The notes under the pieces: model-generated
Seen by the model: the letters and a program-made list of their open reading frames with translations, nothing else
Told to the model about the DNA's origin: nothing
Databases searched by the model: none
Assembly: GCA_965116885.1 (NCBI GenBank)
Contig: OZ220741.1
Location: 3,712,001-3,776,000, forward strand
Direction: 5' to 3'
Length of the DNA stretch: 64,000 bases
Origin: Candidatus Latescibacterota bacterium
GTDB taxonomy: Bacteria; Latescibacterota; UBA2968
Shown here: positions 36,636 through 47,269 of the stretch, piece by piece
Layout of the letters: every line of letters starts with the position of its first letter
Numbering within the stretch: position 1 is the first letter of the stretch
Position numbers and translations under genes: made by a program

Positions 36636-39632
36636 ATGCCAGACGATCCCATCACATTAAACGCACGCCAGCGCGAAGCTGTCACCGCGCTGATAGGTCC
36701 CGTCCTTGTGCTGGCGGGACCGGGCACGGGAAAAACGCGGGTGTTGACCGAACGCATTGCGTATCTGGTCTCGCGGCGCGGCGTTCTTCCGGAAAATATC
36801 CTGGCGCTTACATTCACAAATAAGGCCGCGGCAGAACTGCAAATCCGCTTGTCGCGCACGTTGAGCAAAGAAACTGCGGAGGCTATTACCGCAGGTACAT
36901 TTCACAGGTTTTGTATCTCGATTTTGCGCGAGCATCGAGAAACGGTTGGGTTGCCGCCGCATTTTGGCATCGCCGATGAAGACCTTCAGCGCACGCTGAT
37001 CTATCGCGCATTTCCACGCCTGAATCCCAACGAAAGCAATTTGAATAATGTGATGCAAAATGTGAATCGCTTGAAGTGGCAACGGCGATACAAGCCACAT
37101 GTTCCGATGAAAAAAGGGGATGCTGCATTGCTCGATCAGTACGAAGCCGAGCTTAAGAAAAACCGATTGATCGATTTTGACGATCTCATATTTCTCGCGC
37201 ATGACTTGCTGCATTCGCATCGCCAGATTCTGGCGGATTACCGCGCGCAGTTTCAACATATCCTCGTCGATGAGTTTCAAGATACCGATCCGGTTCAATA
37301 CGCCCTCGTTTATTTGTTGGGCGCGGCTTATCGCAGTGTTTTTGTGGTAGCAGATGATGAGCAGTCCATTTACGGGTGGCGACATGCCAGGCCAGAACAT
37401 ATCGAACAATTTCGGGATGATTTTCTCAAAGATCGTTCGCCCATTTTCCTGGAGGAAAATTACCGATCATCTGCAGAAATTTTGCGGCTGGCGCGCGTGT
37501 TTATCGCCAAGAATGAGGTATTGTTTGAACGCAGTATCCATACCCAGAGATCGGGACGCCGCGTGCGGGGGATGGCTTTTGACACGTTTGAGGAAGAAGG
37601 GCAGTTTATTGCGGGCGATATATGGGATCGCATCCGGGAAACACCAGATCTGGTGCACCGGGATATTGCGGTGCTTTATCCGCAACACGCAATAGGCAGT
37701 GAGCTCGAGCGCATTTTTATGCGCGCCAATGTACCCTGCCTGATGGCTCATCGCAGGGGCTTGTTCGACCAGCCCGTGATCCGCCGTGCTCTGTCCGTGT
37801 TGCGCTATGCACTCGATGGCGCAAATGACGCGAGTCTCGAGTTGTTTTTGCGGCGCGAACTCGAAGCGGTGGATCCCAAGTTATACCCGGCGGTGCGGGG
37901 ATTTCAGAAACAAAAAAATATTGGGAGTTTCAAACAGGCCGCTTTTCTGTATCCTCGGACCGTTTCGGAAGAAGAGGGCGTGGATGTAGAATGCGCCCTG
38001 GGTCTGGCAGGTGTGGTACACAATGCCGTGCAAAGAGGCGCGGTCGCATCTTTGCCCCATCTGGTGGATGATATTCTGGATCAATTGAATACGTCGGAGT
38101 TGCCTTCCCTCAAAAATCATCTCGATGACATTGTAGATCCGCTCGAATTTTCGGATCTCAATATCGCACTGAATCGCGTGTTGCCTCTCTGGCGCAGTGG
38201 CGGTACCTTGTATGTGGCGTGTCGAGACGAAGTGCTGCGGCATATGCTCACAACTCTGATCCGGGATGCACTGGCGCGGCCGGGTCTTATCATACGAGAA
38301 GCAATGCCCGGCAGCCGATTGGATGTTTTATCCGATACCCTGATTTTGTCATTTGACGAAGATCCGCCCAAGACTCCCGAACACTTTTTACATTTGGGAG
38401 GCATGGCGTGTGGTGCGATGCTCGCTGCGCTCAAATTGTGTCAGGCGATCCGCTGTGTCGATTTGCCGGCGTATATGCCGGAATACACTGCATTTGCACT
38501 GGAAACCGCGGGTGACGATCCCGAGCATGCACAGATCACGGGTCTGGGGGCTGTGCGCGTGCGAGATGGGCGTGTTGTCGATACATTTTATTCGCCCGTG
38601 CGCCTGCGAGAGGACAAAGGCGAGACGCCTACATTTCAGGAAATTTATCTCGCGTTTCAGGCATTTGTCGGTATTGACATTCTGGTCGCCCACAATGGCT
38701 ATGCGTTCGATTTTCAGGTTTTGCACCGCGAAGCCCGTCGCAATGGCAGGTCTCGCATGCCCAATCCGACGGTTGATATATTGCCTATGGCGCGAAGTTA
38801 TGGCGCAATCGCTGCACGAGATCTGCGCCCTCTTTGCGAGCGGTATGATATTGCGTCAGATCCAAACGATCCGCCAGCACTTGCGCGGGCATCGGCCTTG
38901 TGTCGCGTGTTTGAAGCTATGAAGAAAGAACGCGCTTCTCGCTACCGGCGCATGACGCATGAACGCCTTTTGGATCAAGTGGCTCTGGGCTTGCTTTTTC
39001 GCGCGCGCAGTGGCGCAAGAAATACGGAGTTTTCCCGCGAAGAACACGTGCATTTCAACCTGGGAGCGCAGCGTCTTTTGGGACCGGCCAATTTGTGTAT
39101 TCGCAATCTCGTACAGCACTACCCTCGATTGGATGCCGATCGGCTGCGGGGACAGACGCGGATGTTGCTCGGCGAAGATCCTCGTCCCGATGTGCTCGCG
39201 TTGCACGCTCCCGATCAGATTCAACGCTTTCGAGACCTTTGCGAACGCCACGGTGCTGCTGCGCCATCTCTTCAGGAGGGCATTCGCAATTTGCTCGATT
39301 TTGCCGATCTCTACAAAGTCGAATTGGATACCCAGGACCGCGATGCCGTGCATTTGCTGACGTTGCACGCAGCAAAAGGGCTTGAGTTTCGAGAGGTCTA
39401 TATTTGCGGTCTCGAAGATCGCATTTTGCCCAATGCACGCGCCCTGAATAGCGCAGATTTAGCCGAACAGCGCAGGTTATTGTACGTGGGGATCACCCGC
39501 GCAATGGATCGCCTCACGCTTTCCTGCGTGCGGCATCGTCCGGGCCGAAATATGGCGCCTTCTCGATTCTGGGATGAACTCGGATTAGAACGCGAAGGGG
39601 CGGATAGACGAATTCCCGACTCTGAATCATGA
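36636..39632 (+). CDS. UvrD/Rep/PcrA-family ATP-dependent DNA helicase with large central insertion (degenerate RecJ-like and DEDDh exonuclease-like domains)
   Basis: LAGPGTGKT, LTFTNKAA, VDEFQD, QSIYGWR, LEENYRS, TLHAAKGLEF and RRLLYVGITRA. The insert contains LETAG...LGAVRV and LVAHNG..FDF. Confidence 0.9.
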   Translation: MPDDPITLNARQREAVTALIGPVLVLAGPGTGKTRVLTERIAYLVSRRGVLPENILALTFTNKAAAELQIRLSRTLSKETAEAITAGTFHRFCISILREHRETVGLPPHFGIADEDLQRTLIYRAFPRLNPNESNLNNVMQNVNRLKWQRRYKPHVPMKKGDAALLDQYEAELKKNRLIDFDDLIFLAHDLLHSHRQILADYRAQFQHILVDEFQDTDPVQYALVYLLGAAYRSVFVVADDEQSIYGWRHARPEHIEQFRDDFLKDRSPIFLEENYRSSAEILRLARVFIAKNEVLFERSIHTQRSGRRVRGMAFDTFEEEGQFIAGDIWDRIRETPDLVHRDIAVLYPQHAIGSELERIFMRANVPCLMAHRRGLFDQPVIRRALSVLRYALDGANDASLELFLRRELEAVDPKLYPAVRGFQKQKNIGSFKQAAFLYPRTVSEEEGVDVECALGLAGVVHNAVQRGAVASLPHLVDDILDQLNTSELPSLKNHLDDIVDPLEFSDLNIALNRVLPLWRSGGTLYVACRDEVLRHMLTTLIRDALARPGLIIREAMPGSRLDVLSDTLILSFDEDPPKTPEHFLHLGGMACGAMLAALKLCQAIRCVDLPAYMPEYTAFALETAGDDPEHAQITGLGAVRVRDGRVVDTFYSPVRLREDKGETPTFQEIYLAFQAFVGIDILVAHNGYAFDFQVLHREARRNGRSRMPNPTVDILPMARSYGAIAARDLRPLCERYDIASDPNDPPALARASALCRVFEAMKKERASRYRRMTHERLLDQVALGLLFRARSGARNTEFSREEHVHFNLGAQRLLGPANLCIRNLVQHYPRLDADRLRGQTRMLLGEDPRPDVLALHAPDQIQRFRDLCERHGAAAPSLQEGIRNLLDFADLYKVELDTQDRDAVHLLTLHAAKGLEFREVYICGLEDRILPNARALNSADLAEQRRLLYVGITRAMDRLTLSCVRHRPGRNMAPSRFWDELGLEREGADRRIPDSES

Positions 39633-40411
39633 AAAAAGACAAAGTTTATTTTATTTCTGATGCGCATATAGGTGGGGGCAAATATATCCGTCCGCCGCGC
39701 GTTCGGGAGGATGCGCTGATCGATTTTCTACGCGCCATTCGCAAAGATGCCGAATGTCTGTATATTGTGGGCGATTTGTTCGATTTTTGGTTTGAATATC
39801 GTTCTGTCGTTCCCGCACATGGCGCGCGTGTGATCTTTGAACTCTACCACCTCGTTCAAAGTGGAACGCGCGTCATTTATCTGCCGGGCAATCACGATAG
39901 CTGGTTGGGAGACTATTTATCCGAGCAGGTGGGGGCGGAGCTTCCCGGACCTTTTTGTGACGTAGTACATCAGAATCGGCGTCTGTATGTGACACACGGC
40001 GATGTTTTTCAGCAAAATTGGAAATTTGAACTGCGGCGGCGCATTTTGAAGCATCCACTTTGTATCGCCCTGTTTCGATGGTTACATCCAGATATCGGTG
40101 CTTATCTGGCGCGTATTGTGTCGCGGTCTTCGGACACTGGCATCAAAGAAGGGACGCGAAAGACAAAGAGAACATATTTGCCTGTGTATTTTATTAAAAG
40201 CGCGGCGGAGAAATTGGCTGAGGGATTTGATTTTGTGATTTGTGGACACTATCACGCGCTGAGTGTTGAACCGATGGACGGCGGGACACTTGTTGTGTTG
40301 GGCGATTGGATGAGATACGATTCTTATGCTGTGATCGAAAATGGCGAGATTGCATTAAAGCACTGGCATACAGCACCGGAAAAACCTCTAAAAACATCGG
40401 CTAATCGCTGA
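39629..40411 (+). CDS. lpxH: UDP-2,3-diacylglucosamine diphosphatase (calcineurin-like metallophosphoesterase)
   Basis: FISDAH, VGDLFDFWFEY, GNHD, THGD, CGHYH and LGDW. Confidence 0.8.
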   Translation: MKKDKVYFISDAHIGGGKYIRPPRVREDALIDFLRAIRKDAECLYIVGDLFDFWFEYRSVVPAHGARVIFELYHLVQSGTRVIYLPGNHDSWLGDYLSEQVGAELPGPFCDVVHQNRRLYVTHGDVFQQNWKFELRRRILKHPLCIALFRWLHPDIGAYLARIVSRSSDTGIKEGTRKTKRTYLPVYFIKSAAEKLAEGFDFVICGHYHALSVEPMDGGTLVVLGDWMRYDSYAVIENGEIALKHWHTAPEKPLKTSANR

Positions 40412-40426
40412 TACAGGAGATTGCAA

Positions 40427-41905
40427 ATGATTTTGAGTATTGATCAGGGGACAACGGGGACTACTGCGTTGGTATTGGATTCCCAAGGGGAAATTTTGGG
40501 ACGAGGATACTCGGAGTTTCGACAAAATTTTCCGCGTCCCGGCTGGGTGTCGCACGACGCGGCGGAGATATGGGATACGACACTGAAAGTTATCGACGCA
40601 GCAATTACAGAGGCGGGGATAGATCTCTCAGAAATAAAAGGTATTGGCATTGCCAATCAGCGCGAGACGACCGTTTTATGGGATAGGAGAACGGGTGAAC
40701 CCTTACACGACGCGATTGTCTGGCAGTGCCGACGCACGGCGGATTTGTGCGCCCAATATCGCGCAGATGGCCTCGAAGATATGGTGCGTGAAAAGACGGG
40801 GTTGGTCATTGACGCTTATTTTTCGGCGAGTAAGATCGCGTGGTTACTCGACCGAGTCTATGGTCTGCGTGCGCGTGCGGAGCAGGGAGAGGTGTGTTTT
40901 GGCACTGTAGATAGTTTTTTGTTGTACAAACTCACGGGGGGGGCTGTTCACGCGACTGATTATACCAATGCATCGCGTACGATGATTTACAATATTCACA
41001 GAAGAAAGTGGGATGACGAGTTGTTGGAGATTTTTGATATCCCCGCGGGCATACTCCCCGAAGTGCGATCATCGGCTGGCGACTTTGGAACCACTGTAGA
41101 TTTGGGCATCTTGCCTGCGGGTATTCCAATAGGGGGGATTGCGGGCGATCAGCAAGCCGCGCTTTTTGGGCAACGCGGCGTTCGGGCAGGCGAGATTAAA
41201 AATACGTATGGCACGGGGTGTTTTACACTTTTTCAAACGGGTGATCGGGCGGTGCCGTCCGCGCACGGTTTGTTGACGACGCTTGCGTGTGGGCCTTCTG
41301 GACGCGTATCCCACGCGCTTGAAGGTGCAGTGTTCAGCGCGGGGGCGACGGTTCAATGGCTGCGCGATGGTTTGGGGATTATTGATACCGCCGCTGAGAC
41401 CGAGGCCTGGTCTCAGGCGATTGACGATACGGGGGGGGTGTATTTCGTTCCCGCATTTACCGGCCTGGGGGCGCCGCACTGGGATGCGGATGCGCGGGGG
41501 GTGATTGTGGGGCTTACGCGCGGCACTGGGCGCGCACATCTCGCGCGCGCGGCACTGGAGTCCATTGCCTATCAGTCCGCCGATCTCGTCCATGCGATGG
41601 TTGCCGATGCAGGGCAGTCTGTGACGAGTTTGTGCGTGGATGGGGGGGCTGTGGTGAATGATTTTTTGATGCAGTTTCAAGCGGATATTCTGGATGTACC
41701 GGTGATTCGTCCAAAGTATGTGGAGACGACCGCATTGGGGGCGGGGATGTTGGCGGGATTGGCAACGGGCGTATGGGATAATGCTGACGCGCTTGCCGAT
41801 ATTAACCCACCGCAACGCATCTTTGAGCCTGCGATGTCGCAAGATCGCCGCGAAGCATTGCTGGCAGGCTGGCACAAAGCAGTAGAGCGAACGCTGTTGG
41901 CGTAA
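40427..41905 (+). CDS. glpK: glycerol kinase
   Basis: SIDQGTTGT, NQRETT, AIVWQCRRT, TDYTNASRT, GDQQAALFGQ, KNTYGTGCF and GLGAPHWD. Confidence 0.96.
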   Translation: MILSIDQGTTGTTALVLDSQGEILGRGYSEFRQNFPRPGWVSHDAAEIWDTTLKVIDAAITEAGIDLSEIKGIGIANQRETTVLWDRRTGEPLHDAIVWQCRRTADLCAQYRADGLEDMVREKTGLVIDAYFSASKIAWLLDRVYGLRARAEQGEVCFGTVDSFLLYKLTGGAVHATDYTNASRTMIYNIHRRKWDDELLEIFDIPAGILPEVRSSAGDFGTTVDLGILPAGIPIGGIAGDQQAALFGQRGVRAGEIKNTYGTGCFTLFQTGDRAVPSAHGLLTTLACGPSGRVSHALEGAVFSAGATVQWLRDGLGIIDTAAETEAWSQAIDDTGGVYFVPAFTGLGAPHWDADARGVIVGLTRGTGRAHLARAALESIAYQSADLVHAMVADAGQSVTSLCVDGGAVVNDFLMQFQADILDVPVIRPKYVETTALGAGMLAGLATGVWDNADALADINPPQRIFEPAMSQDRREALLAGWHKAVERTLLA

Positions 41906-41917
41906 CTTATAGACTTC

Positions 41918-43078
41918 TCACTGTATTTGTTTCAAATAGGCAAGATGGGTTTGGGCGGCTTTGTTTTGAGGATCAATGGCGAGCATATCGCGGTAGTGTT
42001 GACCAGCTACCGCGATATCGTTTTTTTGTTCGGCAATGATGGCCAAGCCGTGTAGAATGCGGGTATTATTCGGACGCTGTTCTCGAATGTGATGCAGCAG
42101 TATTTCAACATCGTCAATATAGTCGGGATAATGTAGCTGTTCATTATTTTCTTGAGACAATGCCACGAGACTTAGCAACGGATTCACACTGCCTGCAACG
42201 CCGCTACCTCGACGCGGTTTGAGATCAATTTTATCCCCAATTTCGGGAAGGCCGAGAACAATGGCTTCAATCAGGGATTCAACCGCTTCATCTGATCGAT
42301 CCAGTTCAATTAAAACATTTCCTCGATTATAATGCACAGCGAGATTATCGGGAACCAGTTCAGATAGGATGTCGTAAATCCTCAGTTCCTGTTCAGAATT
42401 TTTTGTCTTGGCCAAATATTCAGCTCGATCGTAGAGTTGCTCAATTTTAGTATGATTATTATCTACGATCTCTTGCGCTTGCTTCTCAAATTCTGGATGC
42501 ACCAGCAAGACGAGTTGACCCTTTTGGTCTTGTGAAAACAAGGGTGTTTTGACTGTGTGCGAAATGTCGCCCAATTCCGAAATAATTTTGTTCAAAAACG
42601 CAGGGGATCGCGATTGAAAAATGGGTTTCCAGGTATTGAGATCATACGATACATCAACAGACCAAAATTCGAGAGATAAAAAACGCCTGAGTGTTGACTT
42701 CAATTTTTCTGTGTTATCAAAAAAAAACGACGTTGTGTAACCATCTTCTACATAGTGGTGAACGAGCCATTGACTGAATTCACGCTGAATAACCCAGGCG
42801 TCCTCCAGGCAATTGGTGATCGTGAGAATTGACCAGAGCGGAATATCCAAATGTACTTTTGCAAGTGCTTGATCAATGGTACAGGATGCACCTTCTTCAT
42901 CATTCTGAGCCAGATGGACATCGTCGATAAAGTTTTCTATGGATAATGCGCGTTTTTCTCGTTCACTTTCTGCGATCACGAGAAAAGTCTTCTGGAAATT
43001 ATCACGGTCAATCGTCAGTGTACGCACGAGTTCCCGATCGCTCATCACAGCACACTGTTGTATAATTTGATCATTCAT
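41918..43078 (-). CDS. hypothetical protein with C-terminal TPR repeats
   Basis: PDNLAVHYNRGNVLIEL and ILHGLAIIA...HYRDMLAIDPQN TPR-like motifs. Confidence 0.65.
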   Translation of the reverse strand: MNDQIIQQCAVMSDRELVRTLTIDRDNFQKTFLVIAESEREKRALSIENFIDDVHLAQNDEEGASCTIDQALAKVHLDIPLWSILTITNCLEDAWVIQREFSQWLVHHYVEDGYTTSFFFDNTEKLKSTLRRFLSLEFWSVDVSYDLNTWKPIFQSRSPAFLNKIISELGDISHTVKTPLFSQDQKGQLVLLVHPEFEKQAQEIVDNNHTKIEQLYDRAEYLAKTKNSEQELRIYDILSELVPDNLAVHYNRGNVLIELDRSDEAVESLIEAIVLGLPEIGDKIDLKPRRGSGVAGSVNPLLSLVALSQENNEQLHYPDYIDDVEILLHHIREQRPNNTRILHGLAIIAEQKNDIAVAGQHYRDMLAIDPQNKAAQTHLAYLKQIQ

Positions 43079-43086
43079 GCATAAAT

Positions 43087-43305
43087 TTACCGGTGATATT
43101 CGCGCAAAGACAAACGCTTTCGCGGTCGTTGGATACCACTGGGGTTTTCAGACACACTAACGTCATTGCGCATCTTGCGACCAATCTTGCGAATCAGATG
43201 AACCCCCCACCAGATTAGCGCTCCGATTACAGCCATCACCATCCCAATGCTGCGACCGCTGGCACTTTCCAGACTCTTGAGCAAACTGTTAATCAGATCT
43301 TCCAC
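43087..43305 (-). CDS. small single-TM hypothetical protein
   Basis: 72 aa with one hydrophobic helix. Fits the operon spacing between purC and the TPR gene. Confidence 0.5.
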   Translation of the reverse strand: MEDLINSLLKSLESASGRSIGMVMAVIGALIWWGVHLIRKIGRKMRNDVSVSENPSGIQRPRKRLSLREYHR

Positions 43306-43320
43306 TGTTGATCGCTTCTT

Positions 43321-44286
43321 TTAAAAATACGGCGCGATATTGTTTTCGATGCGCTCGAGTATGGGCGTGTCATCCACTTCGGTCTCAAATGGTTCGCCTG
43401 TTACGCGCTCAAACAGGTCGATGTATCGCGCGGAGACCTGTGTGCGGATTTCATCATCTAATTCGGGAATATTGTCGTCGGAAATTCCCTTATCCACGAG
43501 CCAGAGGCGCAAAAATTCTTTGTCCAGGCTTTCGGGTTCTTCGCCGCGCGCATGGAGGCCTTCATAAGAGTCCAGAATCCAGTAGCGCGAGGAGTCGGGC
43601 GTGTGAATCTCATCGGCAACGGTCAGATTGCCCTCCGGGTCCAGACCCATCTCGTATTTTGTATCCACGAGAATCAATCCGCGCTGTGCAGCCAGTTCTG
43701 TGCCGCGTGCGAATAATTCCAGTGCTACTTCCTCGACTTCTGCCCATCTGTCTGCATCGACCAGGCCGCGCTCGACAATTTCCTCTGGCGAGATCGATTC
43801 GTCGTGGTCTTCTGCTTTTGTGGTCGGCGTAATAATCGCTTCCTCAAATTTTTGATTTTTCACCATGCCATCGGGCAAGTCAACGCCGCAAAATTTCCGT
43901 ACACCGTTATTGTAATTTGTCCATACCGAGGTGTCTGTACTGCCGGTCAGGTACCGCCGCACGACGATTTCGACGGGTAACATGTCGAGTTCCCGCGCAA
44001 CTGTCACATTGGGATCCGGTACGTCGAGCACCTGATTGGGCACGATATCTGCGGTCTGATCAAACCAGTATTTTGCGGTTTTGTTCAAGACCTGTCCTTT
44101 CAGAGGGATCGCACCGAGTACATGGTCAAACGCGCTTTGGCGGTCTGTGGTAATCAAGATGCGCTTGTCTTCGAGCAGATAGATGTCCCGCACTTTCCCC
44201 TTCTGGTAATGATTCGCCCAGCGGTCAAATTTTGCTTCCAGCAAACAGTTATTCAGTTGTGAACGGATTTGTGCTTGAGAGATCAT
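43321..44286 (-). CDS. purC: phosphoribosylaminoimidazolesuccinocarboxamide (SAICAR) synthase
   Basis: KGKVRDIY, TTDRQSAFD, PVEIVVRRYLTGS, TPTTKA, LVDTKYE and DEIHTPDSSRYW. Start at MISQAQ after AGGAG. Confidence 0.95.
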   Translation of the reverse strand: MISQAQIRSQLNNCLLEAKFDRWANHYQKGKVRDIYLLEDKRILITTDRQSAFDHVLGAIPLKGQVLNKTAKYWFDQTADIVPNQVLDVPDPNVTVARELDMLPVEIVVRRYLTGSTDTSVWTNYNNGVRKFCGVDLPDGMVKNQKFEEAIITPTTKAEDHDESISPEEIVERGLVDADRWAEVEEVALELFARGTELAAQRGLILVDTKYEMGLDPEGNLTVADEIHTPDSSRYWILDSYEGLHARGEEPESLDKEFLRLWLVDKGISDDNIPELDDEIRTQVSARYIDLFERVTGEPFETEVDDTPILERIENNIAPYF

Positions 44287-44320
44287 GAATACACTCCTTA
44301 AAAAAATATTTATGGTTGCT

Positions 44321-46309
44321 TTAAGCTGCACGGAAATGTACGGCGTGGCCCCTTTCTGGGAACCAGATTATATCCAGCATCATTGAGAGAGCTACGCCCA
44401 GGACATAGCCGACGAGCAAACCGATGAAAAAGGGACGCGATTTGTGATAGACAGAGGGGCCGCCCACTTTGAGCATGACCAGCTTAATCAGCCAGGCGAT
44501 AAATAATGTGAAGCTGCTGGCGCGAATCAAGGGCGTTCCAGAAAGCGCGAGGCCCACCGGGTGCAGGGGCCACCACACAAACCGATGGCGCATGAAAATG
44601 AGACCGATCATCGCCAGACCGCCTATGCCGAAAAAGACCAGATTTTCGGGGTTATCCACGTAAAAGGGCGGATTGTCGGCATTCTTAACCGCGTTGGCGG
44701 AATTCCTAAAATAATTGCGCGCACTTCTGGGAATCTCTTGGACATTAAAATTAAACGCGCCTTCGTTGTAGCCCAGGTTCAAAGTGAGAAAAATGCTCGT
44801 TACAAAACTCACTGCAAAAGCCATATAAAGCGCGGCTATCAACTTGCGGCGGTTATCGGTTATGCCTTCGGACAACTTGCCTACCTGGGCGGTAGCCGGC
44901 AAAAACAAGCCCTTGGCATTTCCCGTAATCAAATTGGCAAACCGAAATGCCACATGCGTAGTGGATGGAATCCCGACATTGCCGAAAAAGGGCGCCACGT
45001 AATTCCATGCAATCCCCGGTATCTGCGTGTAGGGCATGCCCGTATCTGACAGAATTTTCGCCATTCCGATATATCCACACACACACGCCATCAGCAGCAG
45101 GGCACTGATGATGGGGTCCATGTTCATCTGCATCATCCAGATAAACAAAAACGCGAGGCCCGCAACCACGCCAACCACGGCTGCGCGATAGGATAATAGC
45201 TCATCGCGGTCATCTATGCTGTCGTCTTTGCCCAGGGCTTTCATTATCACATCTCGCAAATGTAGTCGCGCCACCCAGAACATCGAAATCACCAGTACGA
45301 CGAACGCGCCGCGCGTCTGCCATTGGTACACGCCGCGATAGGCAACGGGAACCATGGATTTATATCCCAATTTGTTGAGCCAGCCACCTTCGACAATGAA
45401 GAGGAGATCGAATATCCATAAACTGAGCAGCACATCGAGGCTGGCAAAATAGGAGAAGAAGATGGAAAACAAGCCCACCGATGCCCGTATGCGCGGAAAC
45501 TGTGGATCGATGATATGCCATCTTCCCCCGTGGATGGGGAAGCGCGGGAAATTTGGCAAGAAATAATTGATACAATTCCAGGCGATCATGCCAAATGCCA
45601 GGATGAATCCAACCCAGAACAGGCGGTTGTACATAAAGCCCGGCAATACGCGTTTGTCGCCTCCCGGTTCGGACATCATATTGATCAGGGGCGCCATGGC
45701 CGGATATGCCAGGCGTTCGTTTTGCACCCACTGTTTTCTAAAAATGACGCCTATACAGGTCAGTACCACAAATGCAGCCGTAAAAGCCATAAACCACCAG
45801 AACAGCGGCAGCACCCATATATCCCAGGGGATAGGCGCGCCTTCGGGACGGCCTTCAAAAAACCACGCGATTCCATTGCCATCATTGGTGGGGATTAAAA
45901 ATTCGGGCAGATGTGGATGTAGCAATTCGGCCCAGTTGTTGTCTTCGGTCGCATAAAAATAAGGTGCGGAAATATATCCGATCAAAAAGCCCGTACTGCC
46001 CCAGATCGGCATGGTTGCACCCACGAGACCCATCGACAAAATGGTGTGCCATTCCCCGGACTGAAGAGAGAATCGCGCAAGCCTGCCTATCACTGCTATT
46101 GCGATGAGCATGGTAATAAATACGATGAGCATGGCCATTGGAATATGCGAGAGCACCATGCGCGAGCCGTGATAATAAAATCGCACATAGACCGCAATCA
46201 CATCCAGTAGTACCACCAGGAGCAACCCCAAACCGATGGCCCGCGGCGTAATACCCCCGCGAGGGGATTGTTCGGCTTCGCGGCCAATATTTGGTACTTG
46301 TGTTGCCAT
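44321..46309 (-). CDS. polytopic membrane protein, DUF6785/DUF6784-like putative transporter
   Basis: RKQWVQNERLAYP and WWPLHPVG...K...LKVGG...Y...RPFFIG. Paralog of 16096-18051. Confidence 0.7.
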   Translation of the reverse strand: MATQVPNIGREAEQSPRGGITPRAIGLGLLLVVLLDVIAVYVRFYYHGSRMVLSHIPMAMLIVFITMLIAIAVIGRLARFSLQSGEWHTILSMGLVGATMPIWGSTGFLIGYISAPYFYATEDNNWAELLHPHLPEFLIPTNDGNGIAWFFEGRPEGAPIPWDIWVLPLFWWFMAFTAAFVVLTCIGVIFRKQWVQNERLAYPAMAPLINMMSEPGGDKRVLPGFMYNRLFWVGFILAFGMIAWNCINYFLPNFPRFPIHGGRWHIIDPQFPRIRASVGLFSIFFSYFASLDVLLSLWIFDLLFIVEGGWLNKLGYKSMVPVAYRGVYQWQTRGAFVVLVISMFWVARLHLRDVIMKALGKDDSIDDRDELLSYRAAVVGVVAGLAFLFIWMMQMNMDPIISALLLMACVCGYIGMAKILSDTGMPYTQIPGIAWNYVAPFFGNVGIPSTTHVAFRFANLITGNAKGLFLPATAQVGKLSEGITDNRRKLIAALYMAFAVSFVTSIFLTLNLGYNEGAFNFNVQEIPRSARNYFRNSANAVKNADNPPFYVDNPENLVFFGIGGLAMIGLIFMRHRFVWWPLHPVGLALSGTPLIRASSFTLFIAWLIKLVMLKVGGPSVYHKSRPFFIGLLVGYVLGVALSMMLDIIWFPERGHAVHFRAA

Positions 46310-46336
46310 TCTCAGTTTTCCTCAAAAAATACGTAC

Positions 46337-47071
46337 CTACAGTGCGTGCCCGCGCAAAACCTCGCGGCATTGTCCCTCGCTATTGCCCGTCACATTATAG
46401 GCAAAGGTATTCATGCGGCGGTCTCGATGCGATGTGTTTGGTCCCGATCCGTGGATGGTCAAGGCACTGAAAAATACCCCATCGCCCGGTTCCATCGGAA
46501 CGGGTACCGCGTCTTCTCGCTCGCGATAGTGCCCCGGCAAAAATACGCCAAAACTCGTTTGTGCGCGTTCGTGTTCTTGCAGGCCCCATTTGTGGCTGCC
46601 GGGGATGAACTGAATACAACCATTTTCGTCATCTGTCCCGTCAATGGCGAGTTGGCAGTTTACCATCAAGGGCCGATTGTCTTCGCGTTTCCAATACGCG
46701 TAATCCTGATGCCAGGGTATTGCCGTTCCATCGCGTGCGGCTTTCATCAATAGCTTGCTGTGATACAGTGAGACATTCGGCCCAATCAGTGACTCAATAA
46801 TATCCAACATATCATTGCAGCGCAATGCGCGATTTAATCCCTCGCTGATTACTTCGCTGTGCATCAGCTGTCGGATGCGCCTGGGCAGGTGTTCATCCTC
46901 AAATTCTTCCCATGAGATCCCGACGCCGTCGTGTGCGTTTTCTGCCATTCGCTTGTGCAAGCCCGCAATTTCGCATTCGATATGGGAAATCTCTCCGGAG
47001 GTGATCAATCCCTTTTTCAACACATATCCATTCTGGTCGTAGAATTTTTGTTCTGCATCCGTTAGCCCCAT
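46337..47071 (-). CDS. phytanoyl-CoA dioxygenase (PhyH) family Fe(II)/2OG oxygenase
   Basis: PWHQD (HxD), ENGCIQFIPGSH and IHGSGPN.S..DRR. Confidence 0.9.
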   Translation of the reverse strand: MGLTDAEQKFYDQNGYVLKKGLITSGEISHIECEIAGLHKRMAENAHDGVGISWEEFEDEHLPRRIRQLMHSEVISEGLNRALRCNDMLDIIESLIGPNVSLYHSKLLMKAARDGTAIPWHQDYAYWKREDNRPLMVNCQLAIDGTDDENGCIQFIPGSHKWGLQEHERAQTSFGVFLPGHYREREDAVPVPMEPGDGVFFSALTIHGSGPNTSHRDRRMNTFAYNVTGNSEGQCREVLRGHAL

Positions 47072-47178
47072 TGGACACTCCTTTGTAAGCATCTAATTTA
47101 CAAATTATGACACGCTCTTGCAAAATCATTTATATTGTATAGCGTGCAAATTAGAAATAGGGAACAGAAATAGAGAGG

Positions 47179-47206
47179 TTGACGTCTTAAATTGATGCGT
47201 TATAAT
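47179..47206 (+). promoter_or_regulatory. sigma70-type promoter for the downstream cluster
   Basis: TTGACG-16 nt-TATAAT, ending about 65 nt upstream of ATG 47270. Confidence 0.6.
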
Positions 47207-47269
47207 TATTTTTAGAGAAAAACCGCCCTTTTTTCACCGCCCAATTGGGCATTAAAATAAGGAAAACCG

